Of a DNA stretch of 64,000 nucleotides, positions 1 to 10,169 are shown in pieces. The notes below the pieces were generated by a model. The model was not told the DNA's origin, did not search any database, and saw only the letters and a list, made by a program, of their open reading frames with translations. The position numbers and the translations under genes are program-made. Source of the DNA: an uncultured Spirochaetales bacterium. GTDB taxonomy: Bacteria > Spirochaetota > Spirochaetia > Sphaerochaetales > Sphaerochaetaceae. Where the stretch lies: the NCBI GenBank assembly GCA_944393005.1, contig CALXYO010000003.1, positions 103,740-167,739 of the forward strand, in the 5' to 3' direction. The stretch's first letter is position 1, and every line of letters begins with the position of its first letter.

Positions 1-889
1 GTGAAGCACTGCTGTCTATGGTGCAGGTATAGAAGTAACCGGGAGTGTACCATCCTTTTATGAGCTCGCGTGAATGGAGCGCCGCGGCATTGAATTCACT
101 GACATACGTGCTGTGGTTGCTTCTTATGTTTCCTGTGTGGAAATGGCCGTTGAAAAGCACGCTCACTCCGTATTTCGTCATCATGCGGTATATCTCATTC
201 CTCTCTGCTATGTCGGCAGTGCCGAAGAAGAGGAGGGATGAGTCGAAAGTTCCTCCGGAGTAGGTGTTCACATGGGTGATCATTACCTTGTAGCGGGATT
301 CATCGCACTCAAGCGCCTCTTCAAGCCATGAAAGCTGCTGCCGTCCGTATATACGCTTGGTTGAATCCGTCACATATATTGAAAGATCTCCGTACGTATA
401 GCAGCCGATCGTCCCGAAAAGTCCGTAGCTTGCATACAGCTCATTCCACTCTGAACGCTCATGGAAGCCTTGCAGTTCATGGTTTCCCAGTGCAGAGAGG
501 TATGTGATTCCGTTTTCCTTGAAAAAACTCAGAAATTCATGGAGTTCAGGTGCGTTTATGTCTCCTGCATCCTCTATGTCGCCGAGGCTAATTACGAAAT
601 CGTAATCATCTTTGTTTTCGCAGAGGAAAGTTTTCAGATAAGGCGTGTTGTCTTCAGCCCAGCTGTCCTCGTCCTTTCTGTTGAGGTGGGCATCGGAGAA
701 AAGCAGGAATGTTATTTCATCATCGCCCTGCCGTGCGGTGTCCAGCGGCTTCCTGTCAAGGAACGGGTTGCTGTCATACCCGTCCATGATGTCCGTCATG
801 ATATCAAGGCGGCAGGATGACAGAGTCAGCATGACCAGAGAGAGTGCAAACAGGAGAATGAGGATTTCATATATTGTTCTTCTTCTCAT
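1..889 (-). CDS. Calcineurin-like metallophosphoesterase, probable lipoprotein (3' end runs off the window)
   Basis: Not in the ORF track; translated by hand. ATG at 889 overlaps the upstream stop (ATGA). Reads MRRRTIYEILILLFALSLVMLTLSSC (lipobox-like) then FSDAH, LGD, GNHE, ITH and NGHFH, the five metallophosphoesterase motifs. Open to position 1. Confidence 0.85.
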   Translation of the reverse strand, partial: MRRRTIYEILILLFALSLVMLTLSSCRLDIMTDIMDGYDSNPFLDRKPLDTARQGDDEITFLLFSDAHLNRKDEDSWAEDNTPYLKTFLCENKDDYDFVISLGDIEDAGDINAPELHEFLSFFKENGITYLSALGNHELQGFHERSEWNELYASYGLFGTIGCYTYGDLSIYVTDSTKRIYGRQQLSWLEEALECDESRYKVMITHVNTYSGGTFDSSLLFFGTADIAERNEIYRMMTKYGVSVLFNGHFHTGNIRSNHSTYVSEFNAAALHSRELIKGWYTPGYFYTCTIDSSAS

Positions 890-1548
890 GTGTTCCCCCT
901 GAAGACGAAGCCCGCCTTTCCGCCGTATGCTGAGATGAGTATGTACGGCTGCATGAAAAGCTCGGCAATTTCAACATAGGCTGAAGTATAGAAGGAAAGA
1001 TGTTCGTCGAAATCGTATTCAAGTCTTGTTCCGATGACCGGAGTTGCTTTCCAGCTTCTCTCTTCATCTGCGTATGTCGTGAGGAATATGTCCGATGAGA
1101 AACCTCCCGCATCAAAGCCGAGTGTGACTTCTCCCATCGGGGAAAGTGAGTATGCCGGCTTTGTGGAATAAAGTGACCATGCATAGCCCAGCTGCACCCC
1201 GATTCCATAGCGAAAATGCCCCCAGCTCCATCTCAGGTCCTGGGTGAAAAGATAGGAGAGGGTGGTAAAGCCTCCGTTGTCAGGAATCAGCTGCAGCGAT
1301 GAGTTCAGATGATGTTTTAACGTCTTTCCCTGCTCAAATCCCAGATCCAGCACGAAATCGAATATCTGGCCGTCATCAGTCTGGAAATACAGACTTGCCG
1401 GACCTATGCCTCCTTTTGCCGAGAAAAATACCGGGCTGTCCGCAATCGAGCTGTTCCTGTGCCCGAGTGCCGTTTCAAAAGACACCGGAAGGGAATAAAG
1501 AGGAATGCATGATGCAATGATGATTGAAACAAGAATTGTTCTTCTCAT
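886..1548 (-). CDS. Hypothetical exported protein, possible outer-membrane beta-barrel
   Basis: 220-aa ORF with N-terminal signal peptide, many Gly/aromatic amphipathic segments and GFVF near the C-terminus; translationally coupled to the next gene. Confidence 0.55.
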   Translation of the reverse strand: MRRTILVSIIIASCIPLYSLPVSFETALGHRNSSIADSPVFFSAKGGIGPASLYFQTDDGQIFDFVLDLGFEQGKTLKHHLNSSLQLIPDNGGFTTLSYLFTQDLRWSWGHFRYGIGVQLGYAWSLYSTKPAYSLSPMGEVTLGFDAGGFSSDIFLTTYADEERSWKATPVIGTRLEYDFDEHLSFYTSAYVEIAELFMQPYILISAYGGKAGFVFRGNT

Positions 1549-1653
1549 GCTTCAATTCTAATGCATCCGGGCCCTGGGGATATAGAAAATTCATGAGACT
1601 GCAGGCAAAAAAATTCAGCACAGACCATTACATGACCTGTGCTGATGTGGTTT

Positions 1654-2289
1654 TCAGAGTATGCCAAGAAGATCTGAAAGTCTTTCTATATGATATTTTG
1701 CACCATCAAGGCGGGATGCATCTCCGATTCCGGCACTGTCGAAACCGCCGCGCACCGCCGCTTCTATTCCGGCTGCGGCATCCTCTACCACAAGACAGGA
1801 GGAAGGCCGCTGTGACAGTGCATCTGCTGCCTTGAGAAAGACTTCGGGATCAGGTTTTGATGCGCTTATGTCATTGCCGTCGATTACGGCATCAAAGAAA
1901 TCCGCAAGACCGATGCGGGAGAGGATGAACTTCGTGTTGCGGCTGGAGGAGCCTATCGCAAGAGGGTATTTCCTTTTCAGCTCATTCAGTGTTGAAAGCA
2001 CATCATCACTCACGTCTGCGGGGCTCATTTTCTCAAGAAGACGGCGGTATGTGTCGTTTTTCTTCTGCGCCATAGCCTGCTTTTCCTCATCGCTGTACTG
2101 CCTTTCGCCAAGCGCAAGTATGAGATTCAGGCTTTCAAGACGGGAGACACCCCTGAGCTTGTTGTTGTACTGCCGGTCGAAGGGAAGGGCGAGTGAATCG
2201 GCAAGCTCCTTCCATGCAAGGTAGTGATATTCATCCGTAGAGCAGATCACACCGTCCAGATCGAAAATGACTGCATCATATTTCCTCAT
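1654..2289 (-). CDS. pgmB: Beta-phosphoglucomutase (HAD family)
   Basis: FDLDGVI motif I, GSSS motif II, SKPDPEVF, VVEDA; directly downstream of a GH65 phosphorylase. Confidence 0.92.
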   Translation of the reverse strand: MRKYDAVIFDLDGVICSTDEYHYLAWKELADSLALPFDRQYNNKLRGVSRLESLNLILALGERQYSDEEKQAMAQKKNDTYRRLLEKMSPADVSDDVLSTLNELKRKYPLAIGSSSRNTKFILSRIGLADFFDAVIDGNDISASKPDPEVFLKAADALSQRPSSCLVVEDAAAGIEAAVRGGFDSAGIGDASRLDGAKYHIERLSDLLGIL

Positions 2290-4529
2290 ATCTCACATCC
2301 TCCTTCAAGAATCTTTTCCTCTCCCCTTATTTTCAATCTTACAGCCTTGCTTCCTTCATTTACAATTCCGATTTTCTCCTTTGCTATGCTGAAGTGCAGC
2401 CGCTGTCCCTGATAGAACAGCCTGAAAGCGATACTGTCCCAGGAAGGAGGCAGGTGAGGATTGACGGAAAGAGCGCCGTCCAGCACTTCGATACCGCAGA
2501 AACCGGGCACCGCATCCTGCCAGATACTGCCCATACAGGCACTGTGTATTCCTTCGGCCGAGCTTTTCAGGCTGCTTCCGAAGTCAGTGAGAAGACCTTC
2601 CTCGAAAAAGCGGTATGCCTCTTCATGCCGTCCTGTACGCTCTGCAATCAGGCAGTGCGTTCCACGGCTAAGGGAAGAGTCATGAAGACATCTCCCCTCG
2701 TAATAGTCATAGTTCGCTTTCGCCGTTTCAGGCGAGAAATCATGTGCGAGCAGTATGAAGAGAAGGAGTGTATCCGCCTGTTTTGAAACCTTGTACATTC
2801 TCAGCTGATCCATGTTGTAGTCTTCATATATTGTTCCGACGACATCTGCGCTTCTGTACTTTGAAAGATCAAGATCCATGAGTTCATGGTAACCTGCGAA
2901 CTGTTCGATTATTCCGTTCTCATCGGGTTGAGGCAGGTACAGGCCTTCTTCTGCCTTTCTTACGAGTCCTTCATCGAAATCTTTCATTCCGATTCTGTCC
3001 TTGTACCTCAGGGCAAGCTTCAGATTATGATGCACCATGTAGTTTGTGTATGCATTGTCATCGACATGCTCCTTGTACTCGTCAGGGCCTATGACATTCC
3101 TTATGTGGCCGCTGCCGTCCTCATCCCACTGTATGAAGGATGCCCAGAACATCGCAGTCTCTCCTATGAGCCGGTATCCTTTCTCATTCATGAACGTATC
3201 ATCGCCGGTTGTTTCATAGTACGCCTGTACTGCATATGCGATATCGGCAGTGACATGAAGCTCAAGCTCACCTGTCAGTATTTTCATCGCAGTGCCGGTG
3301 ACGATGTCCGCTCCTCCCCACAGCGGAGTGGTTTCCCCGTCGTCGATCCATGCGCTCTCCCACGGGAACATGGCGCCTCTGAAACCGTGCTCTGCGGCTT
3401 TCTTCCTGGCACTTTCAAGACAGTTCCAACGATATGAAAGCAGGGCTTCTGCCTTTTCAGGCTGAGTGAACTGGTAGAAGGGGAGGAGGAAAATCTCTGT
3501 GTCCCAGAACGAATGGCCCTTGTATCCTTCACCCGACAGTCCTTTTGCACCTATGCCCAGTCTGTCATCCTTTCCGTCTGTCATTATGAGAAGATGGTAA
3601 AGGGCGAAACGTACGAGAGCCTGATCCCTCTCATTGCCTGTGATCTTCACATCGCAGTTTTCCCACAGTCTCTTCCATACGGCGGAACTGTCCGCCATGA
3701 GATCATCGAAACTGCGTGAGAAAAGAACTTCTCTTTCCTCCCTTGAACGCCTGAGCGCATCATCACTGCTGCCATCTCCTTCCGCATCGCGGCTTGAGTG
3801 GATGCATGAGAGCTTGCAGATTGTCAGCTCTGAGCCGGCTTTGACATCAATCGAGCCTCTGAGATATATTGCACGCCGCTTGATGTCAACTGCCCATTTC
3901 ATCCCGATTTCCTTTCCGTCCAGCAAGATCTTCACGCTTGATGATATCACGGCAGTCACCCCGGATGATACCGTACGGCTTGCCATCTCAAGCTCGTTCA
4001 GGTTGAAAAAGCGCATCACTCCTTCATGGAAGTGCTGGCTTCCCATGTTCGTCTCCTGTCCGTCTATGCCGGTGATGATGCTTATTGTGCAGTCCTCACT
4101 GCCTGTGAACCTCACTCTCTGTGCTGCAAGGTGCCTCTCTGCCATGGAGACAAAACGTTCATAAGTCAGGCTGTGTCCTTCCTGCCTGATCTTTCTTGTG
4201 AGCAGCCCGTCAGATATATCCAGTGTCCTTTCATAGGATAGGACAGGAGAGGAGTGCAGACAGATTCTTTTCCCGTTTTTGTAAAGTTCAAGGTTTATTA
4301 TGTCAGGCAGATTTGCGATTTCGCTGACCTCATCATCCATCGCCTTGTCGAATACGCCGTTGACGAACATGTCCCTTTTCTGGAAACAGTATGCTTCCTC
4401 CGTGCTGCAGCGCAGCGCAAGGTACCCGTTTGACTGTGTGAACAGGGACTCCGTCTTCGATGGATTGTCGAACTCGAATCTTGTTTCCTTTATCATGAAA
4501 TCATCACTGTATGTTATATGACTGTTCAT
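2286..4529 (-). CDS. Glycoside hydrolase family 65 alpha-glucoside phosphorylase (kojibiose/trehalose/maltose-type)
   Basis: 747 aa; SNGYLALR, GIGAKGLSGEGYKGHSFWDTE, GPDEY catalytic motif, KQAD, HDSSLS. Confidence 0.92.
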   Translation of the reverse strand: MNSHITYSDDFMIKETRFEFDNPSKTESLFTQSNGYLALRCSTEEAYCFQKRDMFVNGVFDKAMDDEVSEIANLPDIINLELYKNGKRICLHSSPVLSYERTLDISDGLLTRKIRQEGHSLTYERFVSMAERHLAAQRVRFTGSEDCTISIITGIDGQETNMGSQHFHEGVMRFFNLNELEMASRTVSSGVTAVISSSVKILLDGKEIGMKWAVDIKRRAIYLRGSIDVKAGSELTICKLSCIHSSRDAEGDGSSDDALRRSREEREVLFSRSFDDLMADSSAVWKRLWENCDVKITGNERDQALVRFALYHLLIMTDGKDDRLGIGAKGLSGEGYKGHSFWDTEIFLLPFYQFTQPEKAEALLSYRWNCLESARKKAAEHGFRGAMFPWESAWIDDGETTPLWGGADIVTGTAMKILTGELELHVTADIAYAVQAYYETTGDDTFMNEKGYRLIGETAMFWASFIQWDEDGSGHIRNVIGPDEYKEHVDDNAYTNYMVHHNLKLALRYKDRIGMKDFDEGLVRKAEEGLYLPQPDENGIIEQFAGYHELMDLDLSKYRSADVVGTIYEDYNMDQLRMYKVSKQADTLLLFILLAHDFSPETAKANYDYYEGRCLHDSSLSRGTHCLIAERTGRHEEAYRFFEEGLLTDFGSSLKSSAEGIHSACMGSIWQDAVPGFCGIEVLDGALSVNPHLPPSWDSIAFRLFYQGQRLHFSIAKEKIGIVNEGSKAVRLKIRGEEKILEGGCEI

Positions 4530-5350
4530 CCTTTCACTCCTGATGCGGCAACACTGGCCTGAACCTGATCCGATGCGAAAGCATAAATGACTATTCCGGG
4601 AAGTATAACGACAGTGAGGGCCGCGAAAAGATAGGTGTAGTTGTATGAAAATTCACTGGTGAAGAACGAAAGCGCTATGGGCAGTGTCCTGACGCTGTCA
4701 CTGCTGGTAAGCAGGGAAGCGAAGTAGAATTCGTTCCAGTTGTTGAGGAACATCAGTATGCCCGCAGTGGACAGACTGCTTTTCACCAGCGGAAGATTGA
4801 CTGACCAGAAAGTGCGGAAGAAACCGGCACCTTCTATTTCCGCCGCCTCGCTTAACGAATCCGGGACAGACATGAATCCTGCCCTCAGCAGGAAGAGCGA
4901 CATTGCAAGGCCTGCGGAAAGATATACAAGCGTCACGCCGGAAAGCCTGTTGTACAGGCCGAGGTTCATCACAAGGGAGAAGATCGGCTGTGTCCTGCTG
5001 TGGGCGGGAACGAGCAGTGTCACGGTGAAGAGAACGAACAGCAGCATGCGGCCCGGGAAACGGTACTTTGCGATAACATAGGCGCTCATCGCGAAAACAA
5101 GGAGAGAGAAAAGCGTCGCGAATGAGGAAACCAGTATTGAATTCAGGAAATACCGTGGAAAGCTGTAATCCGTGAAAAGCGATATGTAGACCGAGAAATC
5201 GAAGCCGGAAGGCAGGGATAGCGCGGATGTGAGTATCTCGCCGTTTGACTTGAATGATGACATCATCACCCATAGGATGGGGAAGGCCGAGATCAGGATG
5301 ACAAATGCCATTACAGCATACATGAAAACCGTTGATATTACCTTTCTCAT
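4526..5350 (-). CDS. Carbohydrate ABC transporter permease
   Basis: EAA loop (LSEAAEIEGA), WNEF, TM helices; start set at ATG 5350 after a GAGGAGG RBS. Confidence 0.9.
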   Translation of the reverse strand: MRKVISTVFMYAVMAFVILISAFPILWVMMSSFKSNGEILTSALSLPSGFDFSVYISLFTDYSFPRYFLNSILVSSFATLFSLLVFAMSAYVIAKYRFPGRMLLFVLFTVTLLVPAHSRTQPIFSLVMNLGLYNRLSGVTLVYLSAGLAMSLFLLRAGFMSVPDSLSEAAEIEGAGFFRTFWSVNLPLVKSSLSTAGILMFLNNWNEFYFASLLTSSDSVRTLPIALSFFTSEFSYNYTYLFAALTVVILPGIVIYAFASDQVQASVAASGVKG

Positions 5351-5360
5351 TTTCTCCTCC

Positions 5361-6245
5361 TCAGTATACGGACTCATTCATCTTCAGCAGCCTGTTGACC
5401 ACAAGCAGGATTATTATGCCCAGAGTGAACATGATCACGCCGATTGCGTTGGCAAAGCCGTAACGGTAGTCCATCACCGCACTTACCAGCATCATCGAAA
5501 GGCTGATTGTATCGTCTCCGGGACCGCCTGCGGTCGTGAGGGATATCTGCTCATACATGGTTATTCTCGAAGAGATGGAAATTATGATGCTTGTTCCGAT
5601 GGAAGCCCTGCACAGCGGCAGCTGTATTCTTGAGATGAGCTGCCATGGCGATGCACCGTCTATGACAGCTGCCTCATTTATTTCCTGCGGAATGTTCATC
5701 AGATCACCGTGCACTACAAGAGCGACGATCACTGCATAGAAAACCCATGTCAGCGTGACTGCGATGAATGCCCAGGGGCTTGAATAGAACCAGTTCACGC
5801 TGAAATCGGGATTCACGGTGCGTATGAGCTGATTGAGCACGCCGAACTGGTTGTTGAATATGAAGCGGTATATCATGGCCCATGCTGCGGCCGAGATCAC
5901 ATTCGGGATCATGAAAAGTGTGCGCGTGAGTTTCCATCCGGCCGGCTGTCTGTAGAAAATGAACGCGACGATGACGCCGAAGCCGACATGCACCGTTGCC
6001 GCTATGAGACTCCAGATGAGGAGGTTGCGCAGTGCGAGATGGAATGATGAGCGCGAGAAAAGCGTCATATAGTTGTCAACGCCGTTGAATGACGGACTGT
6101 TGAAACCGTCCCAGCTTGAGAAGGAAGTGAAGAACACCTGGATTATCGGGACGAAATAGAAGAGAAGGAAAATTATCAGTGTGGGCAGCAGAAAGAGATA
6201 TATCCATTTATAGTTCTTTCTGGTGCGCAGGCTGGCTCTGGTCAT
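5361..6245 (-). CDS. Carbohydrate ABC transporter permease
   Basis: EAAVIDGAS motif, TTAGGPG, TM helices. Confidence 0.9.
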   Translation of the reverse strand: MTRASLRTRKNYKWIYLFLLPTLIIFLLFYFVPIIQVFFTSFSSWDGFNSPSFNGVDNYMTLFSRSSFHLALRNLLIWSLIAATVHVGFGVIVAFIFYRQPAGWKLTRTLFMIPNVISAAAWAMIYRFIFNNQFGVLNQLIRTVNPDFSVNWFYSSPWAFIAVTLTWVFYAVIVALVVHGDLMNIPQEINEAAVIDGASPWQLISRIQLPLCRASIGTSIIISISSRITMYEQISLTTAGGPGDDTISLSMMLVSAVMDYRYGFANAIGVIMFTLGIIILLVVNRLLKMNESVY

Positions 6246-6269
6246 GACAGACTCCTTTTTTCTGAAAAC

Positions 6270-6294
6270 AAGGCTCCGGCTGTCCCGGAGCCTT
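6270..6294 (-). terminator. Stem-loop between SBP and permease genes (attenuating terminator or mRNA stabiliser)
   Basis: AAGGCTCCGG-ctgtc-CCGGAGCCTT, perfect 10-bp stem. Confidence 0.6.
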
Positions 6295-6308
6295 TCTTTG
6301 AACCGGAT

Positions 6309-7619
6309 TTACATTGTCGCTTCAAGCGCCTTTTCAGTCATCCAATTGCAGAACTCCTCAGCACTGTAGCTGCCGTCCGCGAGGCTGGGCAGAAGTTTGC
6401 CGAATTCGACATTGGCAACTGACTGCGGGATCACGTCAAGAATGCAGGGTACGAATCTTGACTCGCTGTCGGTATCTGCAGCGAGGTCTGCGAGGACCTG
6501 TACTTCACCCTGAGCCTCAAGGAAGCTTTCGGAGTAGGTCAGGTTCGGTGCACTTCCGCCTTCTGCCAGAAGGAAGCCTTCAAGTTCCTCAGGTGTGTAG
6601 ATGAATTCGAGGAAGGCTTTTGCCAGTTCGATCTCATCCTCGCTTGCATCTGCGCTGATCCACCATTCACCGTATGTCGCGGCATTTGCAACCCCTACAT
6701 TTCCCGGGAAGAGGGAGGCTCTCACGTCAGCGCCGTCAAAACCGTTTGACCAGTTGGCTGCATTGGTCTCCTCGAAATCAGTACTCATCCAGGAACCGTT
6801 GGAGATCATTGAAGCCTGCATGCTCATGAATGCGTTTGCCGCATCAGCATAGGTGGCTCCGATGCTGTTTGCACTTGCGTTGTTCTGGAGCAGATCCTGC
6901 AGTCTGCTGACAGCGTTTATCATTATTCCGTTGTTGAAATCCGTTATCTTGACATCAACTCCGCTCTGAAGCCATTCATCTCCGCCTTCCTCATCCGCAA
7001 TAAGAGCTGTGAGGAAAAGAGCTGCCACCCAGCCGTTCTCGGCAGTTGAGAATGCGATCTTCTGGTCTCCTATGGACGCAATCCAGTCATCCATCGGCAT
7101 CTTACTGATGTCTTCTGACGGATTATAGAGCGCTGTATTGTAGAAGAATCCTATCGGTCTGATGGTCGCAAGAGGGAAGCTGTAGATGGCGCCGTCATCC
7201 GTTGTGCAGAATTCAAGCGCATCGGCAAGCATCATGTCCTTCACTGCAGGAGTTGAATTGATCCATTCACTCATATCCCATGCCATTCCGTTTGGAATCG
7301 CGACATTGGCGAACCAGTCAAGGTCTCCGCCCTGAACGAGAACAGGAAGCTGACCCTGCTGTGCAAGCTGCTTTATCCTGTCATTGAAGTTTGCCTGCGG
7401 AACTGCCTCAAGATTGATCTTGTACACGCCTTCATATTCTGCATTGAAACGTTCCACCTGCGGCTCGAAGAACACCGCGCCGACATTCTCACCGGTCTTG
7501 TATGACGGAATTGTGATTTCAATTACACCACTGTCAGAAGATGCGCTTTCCTGGCTTCCGCCGGCAAAGAGACTCATGGCAACAAGTGCCGTCAATACGA
7601 TTGAAAGAACCTTTTTCAT
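6309..7619 (-). CDS. Carbohydrate ABC transporter substrate-binding protein
   Basis: 436 aa, signal peptide ending FAGGSQE, upstream of two permeases. Confidence 0.9.
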   Translation of the reverse strand: MKKVLSIVLTALVAMSLFAGGSQESASSDSGVIEITIPSYKTGENVGAVFFEPQVERFNAEYEGVYKINLEAVPQANFNDRIKQLAQQGQLPVLVQGGDLDWFANVAIPNGMAWDMSEWINSTPAVKDMMLADALEFCTTDDGAIYSFPLATIRPIGFFYNTALYNPSEDISKMPMDDWIASIGDQKIAFSTAENGWVAALFLTALIADEEGGDEWLQSGVDVKITDFNNGIMINAVSRLQDLLQNNASANSIGATYADAANAFMSMQASMISNGSWMSTDFEETNAANWSNGFDGADVRASLFPGNVGVANAATYGEWWISADASEDEIELAKAFLEFIYTPEELEGFLLAEGGSAPNLTYSESFLEAQGEVQVLADLAADTDSESRFVPCILDVIPQSVANVEFGKLLPSLADGSYSAEEFCNWMTEKALEATM

Positions 7620-7659
7620 TACTTTACCTCCCTTTGAATCAGGTTGAATTCAGAATTTA

Positions 7660-7675
7660 TCAAAAACGTTTTCGA
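7660..7675. promoter_or_regulatory. LacI-type operator upstream of the SBP gene
   Basis: TCAAAAACGTTTTCGA, palindrome with one mismatch and central CG. Confidence 0.6.
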
Positions 7676-7716
7676 AAAATGACAGAAGTATTTCTGCATC
7701 ATCTGTACGTTTTTTT

Positions 7717-8733
7717 TCATTTCAAAGCTTTAGTGCTATCCCTGTGGATGATTGGGCATTTCAGAATAACCCTCTTCCCGTCATCCCTGCCTTCAAGTAT
7801 CCTGTGCAACAGTGATGTTGCCTCATAGCCTGTCTTTTCGAAATCCTGTCTGACTGTTGTCAGGGAAGGGGTGATGTTCTCTGATAGCAGCACATCATCG
7901 AAGCCTGTCACTGAGCAGTCATCGGGGATCTTCACGCCTTCTTCCTGCAGTGCCCTGATCACACCGAAAGCCATCTCGTCGGAGAAACAAGCATAGGCAC
8001 TGTAGTGCTTACCGCTTCCGGCAATTTTCTTTGCTGTTTCATATGCTTCCTGCCTTGAGAAGTCCGCGTAAAATATGTCTTTGTCATCAAGATGGATGCC
8101 CCTGGCCTCATAGGCATCCCTCACGCCGTCAAGACGGACATCCGTGACGGTCGCACTTTTCTTTCCTGCAATTATGGCAATTCTCTCATGTCCTTCGCTG
8201 AAAAGATACATGATCATGTCCTTCATTGCAGTCCTGTTGTCGCTTGTAACAATACCTGCACCGCCTGAATGCAGTTCTATATCCATCATGACGGTGGGGC
8301 AGGGAACACCCCTGCTGAGCTCCTGATAGTAGGCATCATCAGTTGTGAGTCCGCTTATTATTGCACCTGCAAGCGAGTGCTCAATGCAGAAGCTGTGGTA
8401 GCTCAGTCTTTTCTGCTCCTCGTTGCTTGTAATGTAAAGTGCGAGATCGAGACTGTTCTCAGATGCATAGCGGAAAGCTCCCTTCATATGACCGAAGAGG
8501 ATATCGACATTGGCATTCTCATTCAGGAAGCCCGAGATTATGAGACCGAGGTTGAGCCGTTTCTTGCTGGAGAGGTTTCTGGCGCTTATGTTGGGCGAAT
8601 AGTCGAGAGACCTTGCCGCCTCAAGTATGCGTTCCTTGGTCTTCCCGTTTATGTCGCTGTAGTTGTTGAATGCCCTTGAGACAGTGCTGATCGAGACTCC
8701 TGCCGCAGCGGCCACTTCTTTGATCGTTGCCAT
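7717..8733 (-). CDS. LacI-family transcriptional regulator
   Basis: TIKEVAAAAGVSISTVSRAFN HTH, SVTGFDD. Confidence 0.93.
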   Translation of the reverse strand: MATIKEVAAAAGVSISTVSRAFNNYSDINGKTKERILEAARSLDYSPNISARNLSSKKRLNLGLIISGFLNENANVDILFGHMKGAFRYASENSLDLALYITSNEEQKRLSYHSFCIEHSLAGAIISGLTTDDAYYQELSRGVPCPTVMMDIELHSGGAGIVTSDNRTAMKDMIMYLFSEGHERIAIIAGKKSATVTDVRLDGVRDAYEARGIHLDDKDIFYADFSRQEAYETAKKIAGSGKHYSAYACFSDEMAFGVIRALQEEGVKIPDDCSVTGFDDVLLSENITPSLTTVRQDFEKTGYEATSLLHRILEGRDDGKRVILKCPIIHRDSTKALK

Positions 8734-8743
8734 CAATTTCTCT

Positions 8744-8810
8744 CCGAAAAGGTTTTTGTACTCTCAGTCTAAGGGGCAGTTTCCACAACTGTCAACGAAA
8801 ACATTTCCGA
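8744..8810. promoter_or_regulatory. Two degenerate LacI-operator copies upstream of lacI
   Basis: CCGAAAAGGTTTTTGT (8744-8759) and ACGAAAACATTTCCGA (8795-8810) resemble the reverse complement of the 7660 site, TCGAAAACGTTTTTGA. Confidence 0.45.
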
Positions 8811-8881
8811 AAATGAATATGTGCCTGTTTTGTCAAAAATGTGGCCGTCCGGGATGTTATTTCCATGCGGCAGGACGAGTC

Positions 8882-9424
8882 TTACTGCCGCTCGAGAAGT
8901 TCCTTCACTCTCACCCGTATCGGGAGACAGGCGATCACCGTCACTATGATCTTCAGAGTGTCGCCGACGATGAATGGCAGGAAGCCGGATGCAAGAGCCG
9001 CAGTAATTGAGATATCCATACGGACGGCAAGCCATGGAATTCCCACAAGATATGTGATAAACGTATTGACCAGTGCGGAGAGAAGGACGGCAAGGCGCTT
9101 TTTCTTCTCAAGAGCCTTCATGACGAGAGAACCTGCGAACACTGCCGGCAGCATGCCGAAAAGATAGCCTCCTGTCGGCCCCAGCATTGCGGCAATGCCT
9201 CCTCCTGATGTGAAGACGGGAAGACCTGCTCCTCCGATGAACAGATAGACGACTACACTTGACAGTGCAAGGGAAGGCGGAAGGCATACGGCCGTTACCA
9301 GAGTGAAAAGCGTTGTCAGTGTGACAGGAACCGGCACAAGAGGAATCTTGATGAAGGCTCCGGCTGCGATAAGTGCGGCAAAAAGTGCCGTCAGTGTGAT
9401 TTTAGTGATCTGTTTTCTTTCCAT
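8882..9424 (-). CDS. bioY: Biotin transporter S component
   Basis: PVPVTLTTL, YLFIGGAGLPVF, LGPTGGYL, PFIVGD. Confidence 0.92.
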   Translation of the reverse strand: MERKQITKITLTALFAALIAAGAFIKIPLVPVPVTLTTLFTLVTAVCLPPSLALSSVVVYLFIGGAGLPVFTSGGGIAAMLGPTGGYLFGMLPAVFAGSLVMKALEKKKRLAVLLSALVNTFITYLVGIPWLAVRMDISITAALASGFLPFIVGDTLKIIVTVIACLPIRVRVKELLERQ

Positions 9425-9434
9425 TATATTAACC

Positions 9435-10169
9435 TCATACGGTGAGTTTCCAGTTTCTGAAAAGCAGCAGGGCTGCTGTTGTCAGCGTGATGCTCAGGCA
9501 GATGGTCATCACATCTGATGCTCTGTATGGGGCAGATGATCTTTTGCCCTCCGGATCATAGGAGCGGCTGTACAGCGCATCGGTATACATCTCAGCTTTG
9601 TCGATGAGATCAGTGAGAATGCTCTCTGAAAGCTCGCTTATGCTTTTAAGCGGATTCCTGAAGAAGGATGCGCCTCTGGCCTTCCTTGCTTCATACATGC
9701 ATATTGTGCTGTCTATGATCACGGGAATCATGGACAGTGTTATTTCCATTATCGAGGAAAGTATGTATGCGTATTTTCCCATGACATGTGAAAGTGCGCT
9801 TCCAAGCGACCTTGAAAGCTCATCCGGCATGGTTGTGTCGGTAAGGAGCATGGACGCCAGCACCATTGAGAGAAATGACAGAGCCGAGGCGAGCGCAGAA
9901 AGAAGTCTTCCTTCACTGAAGAATGCAGAGACTCCCATCATGAGTGCGATCACAATAAAGAAAATGCTTTCCTTAATATATTCTCTCCATGGCAGTCTTA
10001 TGGCGGCTGCTATGATAAGACAGAGGAGAAAGAGAGGGTAGACTGCAAGTGCCGGTGCCGATGAGACTGTTATGGAATACGAGAGCAGGCAGACAAGCTT
10101 TGCAGCAGGATTGAGGCGGGTGAGGAAATTGTCAGCCTGTCTGTAGTGGAAGATCAGCGCTTCAGCCAT
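9435..10169 (-). CDS. ECF transporter T component (BioN-like)
   Basis: RLNPAAKL, ARKARG and ALYSRSY Ala-Arg-Ser/Gly-type motifs; lies between the ATPase and bioY. Confidence 0.85.
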   Translation of the reverse strand: MAEALIFHYRQADNFLTRLNPAAKLVCLLSYSITVSSAPALAVYPLFLLCLIIAAAIRLPWREYIKESIFFIVIALMMGVSAFFSEGRLLSALASALSFLSMVLASMLLTDTTMPDELSRSLGSALSHVMGKYAYILSSIMEITLSMIPVIIDSTICMYEARKARGASFFRNPLKSISELSESILTDLIDKAEMYTDALYSRSYDPEGKRSSAPYRASDVMTICLSITLTTAALLLFRNWKLTV

